Source: Terriglobia bacterium (GTDB taxonomy: Bacteria > Acidobacteriota > Polarisedimenticolia > Polarisedimenticolales > JAIQFR01). Taken from it: DNA of 64,000 nt. Numbering within the stretch: position 1 is the first letter of the stretch; each line of letters opens with the position of its first letter. The stretch spans positions 288,001 to 352,000 of the forward strand of contig CAVVHE010000008.1 in NCBI GenBank assembly GCA_963748015.1, written 5' to 3'. Positions 1 through 9,289 of the stretch are shown here, piece after piece. Under the pieces are notes generated by a model. The model did no database searches. It saw nothing but the letters and a program-made list of their open reading frames with translations, and was not told the DNA's origin. The position numbers and the translations under genes were made by a program.

Positions 1-1990
1 TCTGCGCGTGAATACCACACGGTGGTGTGGACGGGCAGCGAGATGATCGTCTGGGGTGGTTATCCGCTGACCAACTCCGGCGGCCGCTACGACCCGTCCA
101 CCGACAGCTGGGTGGCGACCTCGACCGGCGCGAACGTGCCCTCCGCGCGTCAAGACCACACGGCGGTGTGGACGGGCAGCGAGATGATCGTCTGGGGGGG
201 GTATCCGAGGACCAACACCGGCGGGCGCTACAACCCGTCCACCGACAGCTGGCTTGCGACCTCGACCGGCGCGAACGTGCCCTCCGGCCGTTGGTGGCAC
301 ACGGCGGTGTGGACGGGCAACGTGATGATCGTCTGGGGTGGTGTTTTTGGGACCAACACCGGCGGGCGGTACAACCCGTCCACCGACAGCTGGCTGGCGA
401 CCTCGACCGGCGACAACGTGCCCTCCGCGCGTCAATACCACACGGCGGTGTGGACGGGCGGCGAGATGATCGTCTGGGGGGGGACCGACGGAACCGACGT
501 CGAACACGGGCGGCCGCTACAACCCGTCCAGCGACAGTTGGCTGGCGACCTCGACCGGCGACAACGTGCCCTCCGCGCGTCAATACCACACGGCGGTGTG
601 GACCGGCAGCGAGATGATCGTCTGGGGGGGGGGGTACGACGGCACCGAGTCGAACACCGGCGGACGCTACAGCCCGTCCACCGGCAGCTGGCTGGCGACC
701 TCGACCGGCGCCAACGTGCCCTCCGCGCGTCAATTCCACACGGCGGTGTGGACGGGCAGCGAGATGATCGTGTGGGGTGGGACCGGCATCGGGTCGAACA
801 CCGGCGGCCGCTACAACCCGTCCACCGACAGCTGGGTGGGGACCTCGACGGGCGCGAACGTGCCCTCCGGGCGTTACTGGCATACGGCGGTGTGGACGGG
901 CAGCGAGATGATCGTCTGGGGTGGGAGCGACGGCACCGACACGGGCGGCCGCTACAGCCCTTCCACCGACAGCTGGGTGGCGACCTCGACCGGCGCGAAC
1001 GTGCCCTCCGCGCGTCAAGACCACACGGCGGTGTGGACGGGTAGCGAGATGATCGCCTGGGGTGGGTCGGACCGCTTCGGCTACTCGAACACCGGCGGGC
1101 GCTACGACCCGTCCACCAACAGCTGGCTGGCGACCTCGATCGGCGCGAACGTGCCCTCCGCGCGTGCCGGGCACACGTGCGGTATGGACGGGCCGCGAGA
1201 TGATCGTCTGGGGAGGTGGATATGGAAGTGGCGGCCTCAACACGGGCGGCCGCTACGACCCGTCCACCGACAGCTGGGTGGCGACCTCGACCGGCGCGAA
1301 CGTGCCCTCCGCGCGTGCCGGGCACAGTGCGGTATGGACGGGCAGCGAGATGATCGTCTGGGGTGGGACCGACGGCACCATGTCGAACACCGGCGGCCGC
1401 TACAACCCGTCCACCGACAGCTGGCAGGCGACCTCGACCGGCGCGAACGTGCCCTCCGCGCGTCGCTTTCACACGGCGGTGTGGACGGGCAGCGAGATGA
1501 TCGTCTGGGGTGGTTGGCCGACGACCAACACCGGCGGGCGCTACAGCCCCCCCAGCGACCATTGGGTGGCGACCTCGACCGGCGCGAACGTGCCCTCCGC
1601 GCGTGCCTATCACACGGCGGTGTGGACGGGCAGCGAGATGATCGTCTGGGCCGGTTTTGATGATTACGTCGACGTGAACACCGGCGGACGCTACAGCCCT
1701 TCCACCAACAGTTGGCAGCCGACCTCGACCGGCGCGAACGTGCCCTCCGCGCGCGAGTCTCAAACGGCGGTGTGGACGGGCAACGAGATGATCGTCTGGG
1801 GTGGTGGTGACTATATCGGCGCGACCAACACCGGCGGCCGCTACGACCCGTCCACCGATAGCTGGCTCACGACCTCGACCGGCGCGAACTTGCCCTCGGC
1901 GCGTTACTCTCCCACCGCGGTGTGGACGGGCAGAGAGATGATCGTCTGGGGCGGGTCCACTTACACCCGCTGGAACACCGGCGGGATCTA
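1..1990 (+). repeat. Tandem ~140-155 bp coding repeats (Kelch-like blades), about 14 copies
   Basis: Recurrent tggacgggcagcgagatgatcgtctgggg and acctcgaccggcgcgaacgtgccctccgcgcgt units. Confidence 0.95.
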
Positions 1991-3392
1991 TTGCTCCTGC
2001 GGGGGAGGGTCCGTTGCCACCTGGTACCCCGACGCCGACGCCGACGGCCTGGGCGCCGGCTCCGCCGGCCTGCCCTCGTGCGCTCAGCCGCCAGGGTACG
2101 TCGCGGTGGGTGGCGACTGCGACGATCGCTACCCGAGCTGCACGACGGTATGCATCGACGCCGACTCGGACGGGTTGCCGGTATGCGCCGGTGACTGCAA
2201 CGACACGATCCACAACTGCACGACCGACTGCAGGTCGGACGGCGACGCGGACGGCGTACCGGATTGCGCGGAGGAGGAGGTCGTCACGATCTACTTTGGC
2301 GGAACCAAGATGAAGAGCTGGATGTGGGATCCCGACCAAAACGACGCGTTCTCGCGCCCTGAGACGGTCGCAACACTGCACCATTTCCAGAACACGGGCC
2401 GTTCGCCGCGTGGCGAGAATCACACCAAACATTTCGTGGAGGGCTTCGACGAAGACCTGAACCCACCTTGGGAAGCTCACAATACCGAAGCTCTCGTCCA
2501 CTTGAACGAAACACACGAATGCGAAGCACAGTGCATCACGCTCAATCTCGTGGGTTTCAGCCGTGGCGGAGTTTCCGCCCTGCGCTTCGCGCGGCACGTG
2601 ACCATGACCTCCCCGTGGTCGAGGTTGCAGAGCCTCAAGAAGATCAATGTCCTTGCCTTCGATCCCGTGCCGGGCGACGAAACTGGCGCTGATAACAATG
2701 CAGATTGGTTCAACTTGTCTCCCGGCGTCGAGTACCTCGGCTTCTATGCCGAGGATGAGCGCGCGTTCCACTTTTCTCCCGTCTTTCCCGCGCGGCCGCC
2801 CAGCAATCCATCCAATCCACGGATCAACTTCTTCAAGGTGCGCGGCGCTCACGAAACACCGGTCGGGAATACACAGGTCAACGGCCATGACGGTGATGAT
2901 GGCTACGATAATGCCGGGCTGACGCCGGTGTCGCACACGCTGATCATGGCCGCCACGGAATTCCTGGGCTCGTCCGATTGGGGGCACGTTCGATTCCGTA
3001 CACCCTCTTACGAGGAATCGTTTCACGGCGCCCTGCAGCTGAATTGGTACCAAGGCGAAACGGATGTTGACCAGCTTCGACAGTACTTCGCCAACGAGCT
3101 CGGGCGGATCTATGAGTACAGCGACTCGGGTTATCAAGACATGCGTGAGCACAGCTCCGTCGTTGCCGGCCTGTTGGAGTCCTGGTTTGGCTCGGGGTGG
3201 GCGTGCTTCACTTCGGTTGCTTCCGAGGCAAGAAACAATCCGAGATGTGTCTACGACGCGACCGGCCGGGTATCCCTGGGACTCGATCCACGCGCCGAAC
3301 TCGTGCATCGATTGTGTATTAGCAGCTCGGCCGTTGGACACGAAGACCGGCGGCAACTACGAGATCTGGAACCTGATCCGGGCGCACGGTAG
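1..3392 (+). CDS. 5'-truncated, frameshifted N-terminal part of a giant secreted protein: Kelch-like beta-propeller repeats, a Cys/Asp-rich (MopE-like) linker and a Tle1/DUF2235-like alpha/beta hydrolase domain
   Basis: About 14 '[15 protein letters not shown]...NTGGRYxPSTDSW' repeats continue across ORFs 22..1044, 566..1660 and 1062..3392, with +1 shifts at ~507 and ~1177. Hydrolase motifs [23 protein letters not shown] and RGAHETPVG lie at ~2280-3260. Confidence 0.8.
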
Positions 3393-6183
3393 CCTGGACG
3401 TGGACTTCGATCTGATCGACTACAGCGATGACAATTGCCCCGAGACGGCGAACCCCGACCAGACTGCTTCAGACGGCGACGGCCTAGGGGACGCGTGCGA
3501 CAACTGCCCGACGGTCGCCAACCCTGCCCAGGAGGATTTGGACGGCGATGGCCTAGGGGACGCCTGCGACAACTGCCCGACGATCGCCAACCCGGCCCAG
3601 ACGGATTCGGACGGCGACGGCCTGGGGGACGCGTGCGATCCAGACGACGATGACGACGGCATCCTCGACGACGGCGACGGCAGCGGGACGGCCGGAGACC
3701 ACCCGTGCACCGGGGGCGCCACGGAGGCGTGCGACGACAACTGCCCCGTCGACCCTAATCCGGACCAAGCGGACAGCGACTACGACGGTGCCGGGGATGC
3801 GTGTGACAACTGCCCCGGGATTCCCAATCCGGACCAGGCGGACGCCGACGGGGACGGCGCGGGTGACGCCTGTGATCCCTGCCCCACCCCTGCGTACGAT
3901 GGCGGACCCTGCGACGACGGCGACGCCTGCACGATGAACGATTTTTGCTCGCGTGGGCAGTGCGTCCCTGCGGCCGGGAGGTTCACCCAGGCCCCGGGCT
4001 CGCCTGTCGCCGTGGGGTCGTTGCCGAATTCCGTCGCCGTCGGCGACTTCAATCTCGACGGTACACCCGACCTTGCGACGGCCAATCGGGGATCGCACAA
4101 CGTGACGATCCTGCTGGGGAACGGCTCGGGAGGGTTCACCCAGGCCGCGGGATCGCCCGTCGCCGTGGGGCCGTATCCGGTTTCCGTCGCCGTGGGCGAC
4201 TTCGACCTCGACGGCAAACCCGACGTAGTCAGCGCGAACGGCAGCTCGAGCGTGACGATCCTGCTAGGGAACGGCTCGGGAGGGTTCACCCAGGCCCCGG
4301 GCTCGCCCGTCTTCGTGGCGCCGGCTAGTCCGGTTTCCGTCGCCGTGGCCGACTTCGACCTCGACGGCGTACCCGACCTCGTCACGGCCAATCCAGGAAC
4401 GAACGACGTGACGATCCTGCTGGGGGACGGCTCAGGATGGTTCACCCAGGGCTTGCCCGTCCCCGCGGGGTTTTCTCCGAGTTCCGTCGCCGTGGCCGAC
4501 TTCGACCTCGACGGCGTACCCGACCTCGTCACGGCCAATCCAGTATTGAACGGCGTGACGATCCTGCTGGGGGACGGCTCGGGATGGTTCGCCCAGACCC
4601 CGGGCTCGCCCGTCGCCGTGGGATCGTCACCGGTCTCCGTCGCCGTGGGCGACTTCAACCTCGACGGCGTACCCGACCTCGTCACGGCCAATCAAGGAAC
4701 GAACGACGTGACGATCCTGCTGGGGAACGGCTTGGGAGGGTTCACCCAGCCCCCGGGGTCGCCCGTTGCCGTGGGGCCGTATCCGGTTTCCCTCGCCGTG
4801 GGGAACTTCGGCCTCGACAGCGTACCCGACCTCGTCACGGCCAATCAAGGAACGAGCGATGTGACGATCCTGCTGGGGGACGGCTCGGGAGGGTTCACCC
4901 CGGTTCCGGGCTCGCCCGTCCCCGTGGGGTCGTCTCCGAGTTCCGTCGCCGTGGGCGACTTCAACCTCGATGGCAAAACCGAAGTTGTCAGCGCGAACAG
5001 TTCCACGAACGACGTGACGGTCCTGATGGAAAGAGCGGGCGTGGTCGACTGCGACGATCACGAACCGTGCACCGCGGATTCCTGCGAGCCGGCGAGCGGC
5101 TGTGCGCACGCACCGCTCGCGGACACCGACGGGGACGGCTATTGCAGCGGGGTGGACTGCGACGACGCGGACCCGCGCTGCACGACCGATTGCACGACCG
5201 ACCGCGACGCCGATGGGACGAGAGCCTGCGACGACTGCGACGACGCAGAGCCGCGCTGCGCGGCCGACTGCACGACCGACTCCGACGCCGACGGGACCAG
5301 GAACTGCTCCGACAGCTGCGGGCTCGTGCCCAACCGCCTGCAGCTCGACTCGGACGGCGACCATGTCGGCGACGCGTGCGACTGCGCGCCGCAAAACGCG
5401 GGCGTCACCACGCTGCTCGGCCCGGCGAGGAACCTGCGCTTCGATGTCTTGAAGTCCGGTATCGCCTGGGATCCGCCGGCCGTGGGCGGCGGGCTGACCT
5501 ACGACCTCGTGCGAAGCGGCGTGGCCTCGAACTGGCAAAGCGTCGCCTGCCCCGCGACGCAGACCACGGCCACGACGGCCTCGGACCCGGCAACGCCGAC
5601 GCCTGGGGCCGCTTTCTTCTACCTCGTCCGGGTCAAGAGCGCATGCGGCGAGAACCTGGGCACGAGGTCCACGGAGCAGCGCCGGCAGGCCGCCTCATGC
5701 GTACCCACTTCGAAGCGAATCTTCGTCACGAGTACCGGTTACACCGGCAGCCTGGGAGGACTGGCCGGCGGTGACGCGAAGTGCCAGCAAGCGGCGGACG
5801 CGGCGCGACTCGGGGGGACGTTCCGCGCCTGGCTGAGCGACGGCACGACCTCCGCGTCGGCCCGGCTCGCGCACTCCACGCTCCCGTACGTCCTCGTCAA
5901 CGGCGTCCAGGTCGCCGCGAGTTGGACGGATCTCGTCGACGGCACGCTCGCCCACGCCATCGACCTCGACGAGAACGGCGCGAACGTCGGAGACCGAGAG
6001 GTGTGGACGGGCACGTATACCAATGGCAACACGTACTATCCCCACTGCTCGGGCTGGTCCGATGGCACGACCGCCGCGGACGGATGGGTCGGCCTCGCCA
6101 GCCGGACGGATTCGAGCTGGAGCCAGATCTACCCGCAGCACTGCGAGCGGACGAACCCGAGTCTCTACTGCTTCGAGCAGTGA
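3064..6183 (+). CDS. C-terminal part of the giant protein: thrombospondin type-3 repeats, six FG-GAP/VCBS repeats, Cys/Asp repeats, a 'FFYLVR' beta-sandwich and a DUF1554/endostatin-like C-terminal domain
   Basis: [13 protein letters not shown] repeats; GDFNLDGxPDLVTAN repeats; [27 protein letters not shown]...FRAWLSD. Probably joined to the upstream frame by a +1 shift near 3258. Confidence 0.8.
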   Translation: MLTSFDSTSPTSSGGSMSTATRVIKTCVSTAPSLPACWSPGLARGGRASLRLLPRQETIRDVSTTRPAGYPWDSIHAPNSCIDCVLAARPLDTKTGGNYEIWNLIRAHGSLDVDFDLIDYSDDNCPETANPDQTASDGDGLGDACDNCPTVANPAQEDLDGDGLGDACDNCPTIANPAQTDSDGDGLGDACDPDDDDDGILDDGDGSGTAGDHPCTGGATEACDDNCPVDPNPDQADSDYDGAGDACDNCPGIPNPDQADADGDGAGDACDPCPTPAYDGGPCDDGDACTMNDFCSRGQCVPAAGRFTQAPGSPVAVGSLPNSVAVGDFNLDGTPDLATANRGSHNVTILLGNGSGGFTQAAGSPVAVGPYPVSVAVGDFDLDGKPDVVSANGSSSVTILLGNGSGGFTQAPGSPVFVAPASPVSVAVADFDLDGVPDLVTANPGTNDVTILLGDGSGWFTQGLPVPAGFSPSSVAVADFDLDGVPDLVTANPVLNGVTILLGDGSGWFAQTPGSPVAVGSSPVSVAVGDFNLDGVPDLVTANQGTNDVTILLGNGLGGFTQPPGSPVAVGPYPVSLAVGNFGLDSVPDLVTANQGTSDVTILLGDGSGGFTPVPGSPVPVGSSPSSVAVGDFNLDGKTEVVSANSSTNDVTVLMERAGVVDCDDHEPCTADSCEPASGCAHAPLADTDGDGYCSGVDCDDADPRCTTDCTTDRDADGTRACDDCDDAEPRCAADCTTDSDADGTRNCSDSCGLVPNRLQLDSDGDHVGDACDCAPQNAGVTTLLGPARNLRFDVLKSGIAWDPPAVGGGLTYDLVRSGVASNWQSVACPATQTTATTASDPATPTPGAAFFYLVRVKSACGENLGTRSTEQRRQAASCVPTSKRIFVTSTGYTGSLGGLAGGDAKCQQAADAARLGGTFRAWLSDGTTSASARLAHSTLPYVLVNGVQVAASWTDLVDGTLAHAIDLDENGANVGDREVWTGTYTNGNTYYPHCSGWSDGTTAADGWVGLASRTDSSWSQIYPQHCERTNPSLYCFEQ
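3979..5028 (+). repeat. Six tandem ~175-bp FG-GAP coding repeats
   Basis: Repeated ttcacccagg...gtcgccgtgggcgacttc...cccgacctcgtcacggccaat...gtgacgatcctgctgggg units. Confidence 0.9.
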
Positions 6184-6572
6184 GCGCTGCGCGGGTTCCG
6201 GAGGAGCGGCCCGTGAACGGCCGGACCTCCGGAATCCGCTTCTGAGGACCAACGTCGGACCTCGCGCCTTCGTGGTGGGCGACGCGAGGTCCGACCGCAT
6301 CCCGTCCCGAGAACGTCCGGACGCCTCGCCCTGCAGCATCGCTGCCGCTCCGGCCCCAACTGAGGGTCCGGTTCACTCGGGAGCAACGGACGGTCGATAC
6401 TCCGCCACCCTCTTCGCGAGCGGTCGTTTCACGGCCGTACGTTATCGGCGCTCCGTCGATAGGCTGCGTCTCCTTTGCAAACCAGCATGCCTTCCGGGTC
6501 GCCGGACCTGCGTAGATAACGGTCCACACCGACGAGAAAGGAGGCAGCCTCCGTGGAGGCTGCTCGGAGACC

Positions 6573-6743
6573 GTCTCCAAAATGTCTCCAAGACTGCGGT
6601 GGACTCCAGGTGAATTTAGGGGACTCCAAAGGACTCGAGATCGGAACTTGGCAGCGGATTGGCGGTCGTCTTCGGCGAAAGTCGCGCGCCATCGACCTTT
6701 TTCGTGAACCCGAGAACGGGTTCGATTCCCGCCGCCTCCACCA
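6573..6743 (+). mobile_element. attR-like island end: tmRNA-type 3' fragment (6717-6743) preceded by short direct repeats resembling integrase arm sites
   Basis: cgggTTCGATTcccgccgcctccACCA gives a T-arm plus an acceptor 3' strand with G3.U70 identity and CCA; no 5' half is present. gtctccaa occurs twice (6573-6591) and ggactc three times (6601-6636). Confidence 0.75.
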
Positions 6744-6858
6744 TTCGACTCGCGCCTTCGGCGCTCGCTCATGGCGGGCCATCCATCGCGAGTCGAATGG
6801 TGCCCTGAGCAAGCGAGCGAAGCGAGCGCGTCGAAGGGCCCTTCGACAAGCTCAGGGC
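6741..6858. repeat. Cluster of REP-like palindromic repeats, gcc(c/a)tgagc...gtcgaa(g/t)gg, in alternating orientation
   Basis: caccattcgactcgcg (6739-6754) is the exact reverse complement of cgcgagtcgaatggtg (6787-6802). gccctgagc...gtcgaaggg|cccttcgacaagctcagggc forms an inverted pair at 6802-6858. Confidence 0.8.
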
Positions 6859-6903
6859 AGGCTGCTTGGTCCGACGTCGGTCCCCGCCTCTCTTGGTTCT
6901 CTC

Positions 6904-7185
6904 ATGTTCTCTGTCTACATCCTCCTCTGCTCCGACGGCTCCTACTACGTCGGCCAAACCCACGACCTCGTCGCGCGCGTCAAAGCCCACAACGCGGGCA
7001 CAGCCGCTAGCCACACGAAAGAGCGTCGGCCTGTCCGTCTCGTCTACTCCGAGCGCCACGAGACGCTTGCAGGCGCCGTCCAGCGCGAGAGCCAGCTCAA
7101 GGGCTGGACTCGCGCAAAGAAGGAGGCGCTTGTCGCGGGTCAACTAGATCGTCTGCACGGGCTGGCTCGCAGGCGTCGACGCTAA
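6904..7185 (+). CDS. Small GIY-YIG nuclease (UPF0213/YhbQ-like)
   Basis: MFSVYILLCSDGSYYVGQTHDLVARVKAHN...RPVRLVYSE...AVQRESQLKGWTRAKKEAL, 93 aa. Confidence 0.92.
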   Translation: MFSVYILLCSDGSYYVGQTHDLVARVKAHNAGTAASHTKERRPVRLVYSERHETLAGAVQRESQLKGWTRAKKEALVAGQLDRLHGLARRRRR

Positions 7186-7188
7186 CGC

Positions 7189-7445
7189 ACTTGGCGGAAT
7201 GGCGGCGGAACGGCTGGCTGTCGACACACCGCACGAGCGGGAACGAGATTCGCGACCTCCTCGAGGTCGTGAAGCGCGATCTCGCAGACCGCCCCGCAGA
7301 TGGTCTCACTACGCGGAACCTCAGCGGCTACGGGCGTGTCGGCCTGGTGTCGGACGCCGATGCCGACGCGATGCGCGCGGTGGCCGTCAGACTCCGCGAC
7401 GATGTCGTCGCGCGGATCGGATAGCAACATCCGGACCTGCTCGAA
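7189..7445 (+). pseudogene. Internally deleted HEPN-domain remnant, paralog of 16951..17397
   Basis: NGWLxxHRTSGNEIRDLL...DLAD is joined directly to RNLSGYGRVGLVSDADADAMRA. 59 codons are missing and a premature TAG precedes HPDLL. Confidence 0.85.
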
Positions 7446-7650
7446 TCACCATGAGGTCAAGCGCTGGAGGGACGCGCTCCCGGGCCAACGCTCCGTCGCC
7501 AGGTAACTGTTCAAAAGGAAGGGACTTGCGACCTTCTTCCCGGGTGCTGGGGTTTCCGCGCCAGCGGCTCGCCGTCCGATCAGGCGACAGAAGACGTGGT
7601 CACTCCAAGGCGAGTGTTCCTCGAAGACCAGGATCGGATAGCATAGAGAC

Positions 7651-8142
7651 ATGGCCTCCTTCGCCGACGCACTGCGCGTGCTGAACGACATGAAAGAAGC
7701 TCGCGTCGTCGAGGACTACGCAGTGGCCGGAGCGATGGCCATGGTCTTTTGGGCCGAGCCCGTGCCGACTTTCGATCTCGACGTGCTTGTGTTCCTTGCC
7801 GGAGGGGAAGGACCCATCGTCAGCCTCGCGCCCATCTACAGCTGGGCGGCCGACCGCGGCTACCCTACACAGGCCGAGCACGTGATCATCGAGGGTGTAC
7901 CGGTTCAGTTTCTTCCGGCACATGACGAGCTCGCTGATGAGGCGATCGAACGGGCCGCGACGCTGGACTACGAAGGCGTCCCGGTTCGTGTCGTCAGGCC
8001 TGAGTACCTCGTGGCGCTCTACCTGGAGCCCGGTGCACGGACGATGAAGAGACGGGAACGGGCCGCGGCCCTGCGCGAATCGCCCACCGTCGACGTGGCA
8101 ACCCTCGACGGCCTTCTCCGGCGCTTCGGATTGGAGTTCTAA
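7651..8142 (+). CDS. Nucleotidyltransferase-fold protein (Pol-beta/AbiEii-like), putative TA component
   Basis: YAVAGAMAM...PTFDLDVLV motif; VRVVRPEYLVAL. Confidence 0.7.
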   Translation: MASFADALRVLNDMKEARVVEDYAVAGAMAMVFWAEPVPTFDLDVLVFLAGGEGPIVSLAPIYSWAADRGYPTQAEHVIIEGVPVQFLPAHDELADEAIERAATLDYEGVPVRVVRPEYLVALYLEPGARTMKRRERAAALRESPTVDVATLDGLLRRFGLEF

Positions 8143-8145
8143 AAC

Positions 8146-8358
8146 ATGACGGCGGAGCCTCGTCAAAGGTCTCGACCGGCCCCGGCGCTCCTGGCGTCGC
8201 TGCGGAAGGGGAAGTCCGTACTCCACGGCCAGCGAGCGAGCATGACGCTCCGGGAAAAAGTCGCATTGGTCCTCGAGCTGCAGCGCGTTTGCCTACCACT
8301 CATCGCGCAGCGCAGACGACTCGCGCCCTGGGAGCAGCTCTGGCCGATCACGCCGTGA
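8146..8358 (+). CDS. Small hypothetical protein, probable partner of the upstream nucleotidyltransferase
   Basis: 70 aa; starts 3 nt after the upstream stop; MTLREKVALVLELQR. Confidence 0.55.
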   Translation: MTAEPRQRSRPAPALLASLRKGKSVLHGQRASMTLREKVALVLELQRVCLPLIAQRRRLAPWEQLWPITP

Positions 8359-8365
8359 CGGCAAG

Positions 8366-8542
8366 CGCCAGCGGCCTTTCTTGTGAACCCCGAAACGGCT
8401 TGGATTCCCTCCGTCTCCACCATTCGACTCGCTCGTACCGCGCTTCCGCGCGGTACTCACTCGCTCATGGCAGGCCAATCACCAGGGCCGAAGGGTTCAC
8501 GAGCGAGTCTAATGCCCTGAGCGAGCGAAGAGAGTCGAAGGG
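8366..8542 (+). repeat. Second, degenerate tmRNA-3'-fragment plus REP-like cluster
   Basis: gcgcca..cctttcttgtgaaccccgaaacggcttggattccctccgtctccacca-ttcgactcgc...cgctcatggc...gccctgagcgagcgaagagagtcgaaggg is colinear with 6686-6858. Confidence 0.8.
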
Positions 8543-8585
8543 CTGCTCGCGTCGGTCTCGGTCCCCGTCTTCCCGGGACTCCCCC

Positions 8586-8672
8586 ATGTTCTTCGTCTAC
8601 ATCCTCCTATGCTCCGACGGCGCCTACTACGTCGGCCAAACCCACGACCTCGTCGCGCGCGTCAAAGCCCAC
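8586..8672 (+). pseudogene. Truncated GIY-YIG nuclease (first 29 codons)
   Basis: MFFVYILLCSDGAYYVGQTHDLVARVKAH is near-identical to 6904-6990, then similarity ends abruptly. Confidence 0.88.
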
Positions 8673-8972
8673 GCAGAGCTCGTCGTGGCGGGTAATTCCC
8701 GTGGCCTTCAGCGTCAGGCCGCTGCCGCTGATGCGCCCGTGTCTCACGGCGCGGGCCCGGCCGAGAAAGAACGGGGCGGCCGGAGCGCCGTTGTCGAGGC
8801 ACACCTGCGGCGAAACGCTCACGGCGTCGGGCGGGCTCGACAGCCAGTTCTCGATCCAGTTCCACGAGAGAAAGAAGGAGCACTCGGAGTCGTCGCCGAC
8901 GCCCGCGAACATCGACTCGCGGGCGTCCAGGTCGGCATGCCTGTCGAGAATCCGAATGTCCAGAGCGCCCAT
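8673..8972 (-). pseudogene. N-terminal fragment of a CelD/BcsL-type GNAT acetyltransferase
   Basis: CSFFLSWNWIENWL...LTLKATGITRHDELCV; stops at the GIY-YIG fragment junction. Confidence 0.55.
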
Positions 8973-9289
8973 CTCCGATGCCGGCGCGGGCGAGACCACC
9001 ACCTCTTCCTCTGCGGCGGTCACGATTCTATCGGCTCCAGGTCGGCGAATCCGACATGGTCCTCCGCGGCGCACGGGATCTTGCCGGCCGGGCGCCGGCG
9101 GCGCGCGCCTCATGTCGAGCGCGATCAACCACGAACGCTGGTGGGGAAGACTCGCGGCGCAGGCTCGGGATCCCCGGCATTGACCGCGCGGGAATCCCGA
9201 AGTACGTTCACAATCGCACCGTCGATCGTCGGATCGCGGCCGCGGGGTAGGGCGGGGCGCTCGCGCCCAGAGGCGACTCGCCGAGACCT

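Noticed and set aside
1..1990. Regular repeats with variable inserts that resemble a CRISPR array
   Set aside because: Units are ~145 bp, translate to Kelch-like blades and vary mostly at synonymous sites or loops; no cas genes are present.
432..3356. Long antisense and alternate-frame ORFs (e.g. 432..3356 -, 42420..45404 +, 57213..60425 -)
   Set aside because: These are shadow ORFs expected in high-GC DNA; they overlap well-supported genes and are Arg/Gly/Pro-rich without motifs.
6184..6570. Integrase remnant beside the first att-like site
   Set aside because: No recognisable tyrosine- or serine-recombinase motif in the listed translations.
6717..6743. Complete tRNA or tmRNA gene
   Set aside because: Only the T-arm and acceptor 3' strand are present; there is no matching 5' GGGGGCG strand, D-arm or anticodon arm, or tag ORF upstream.
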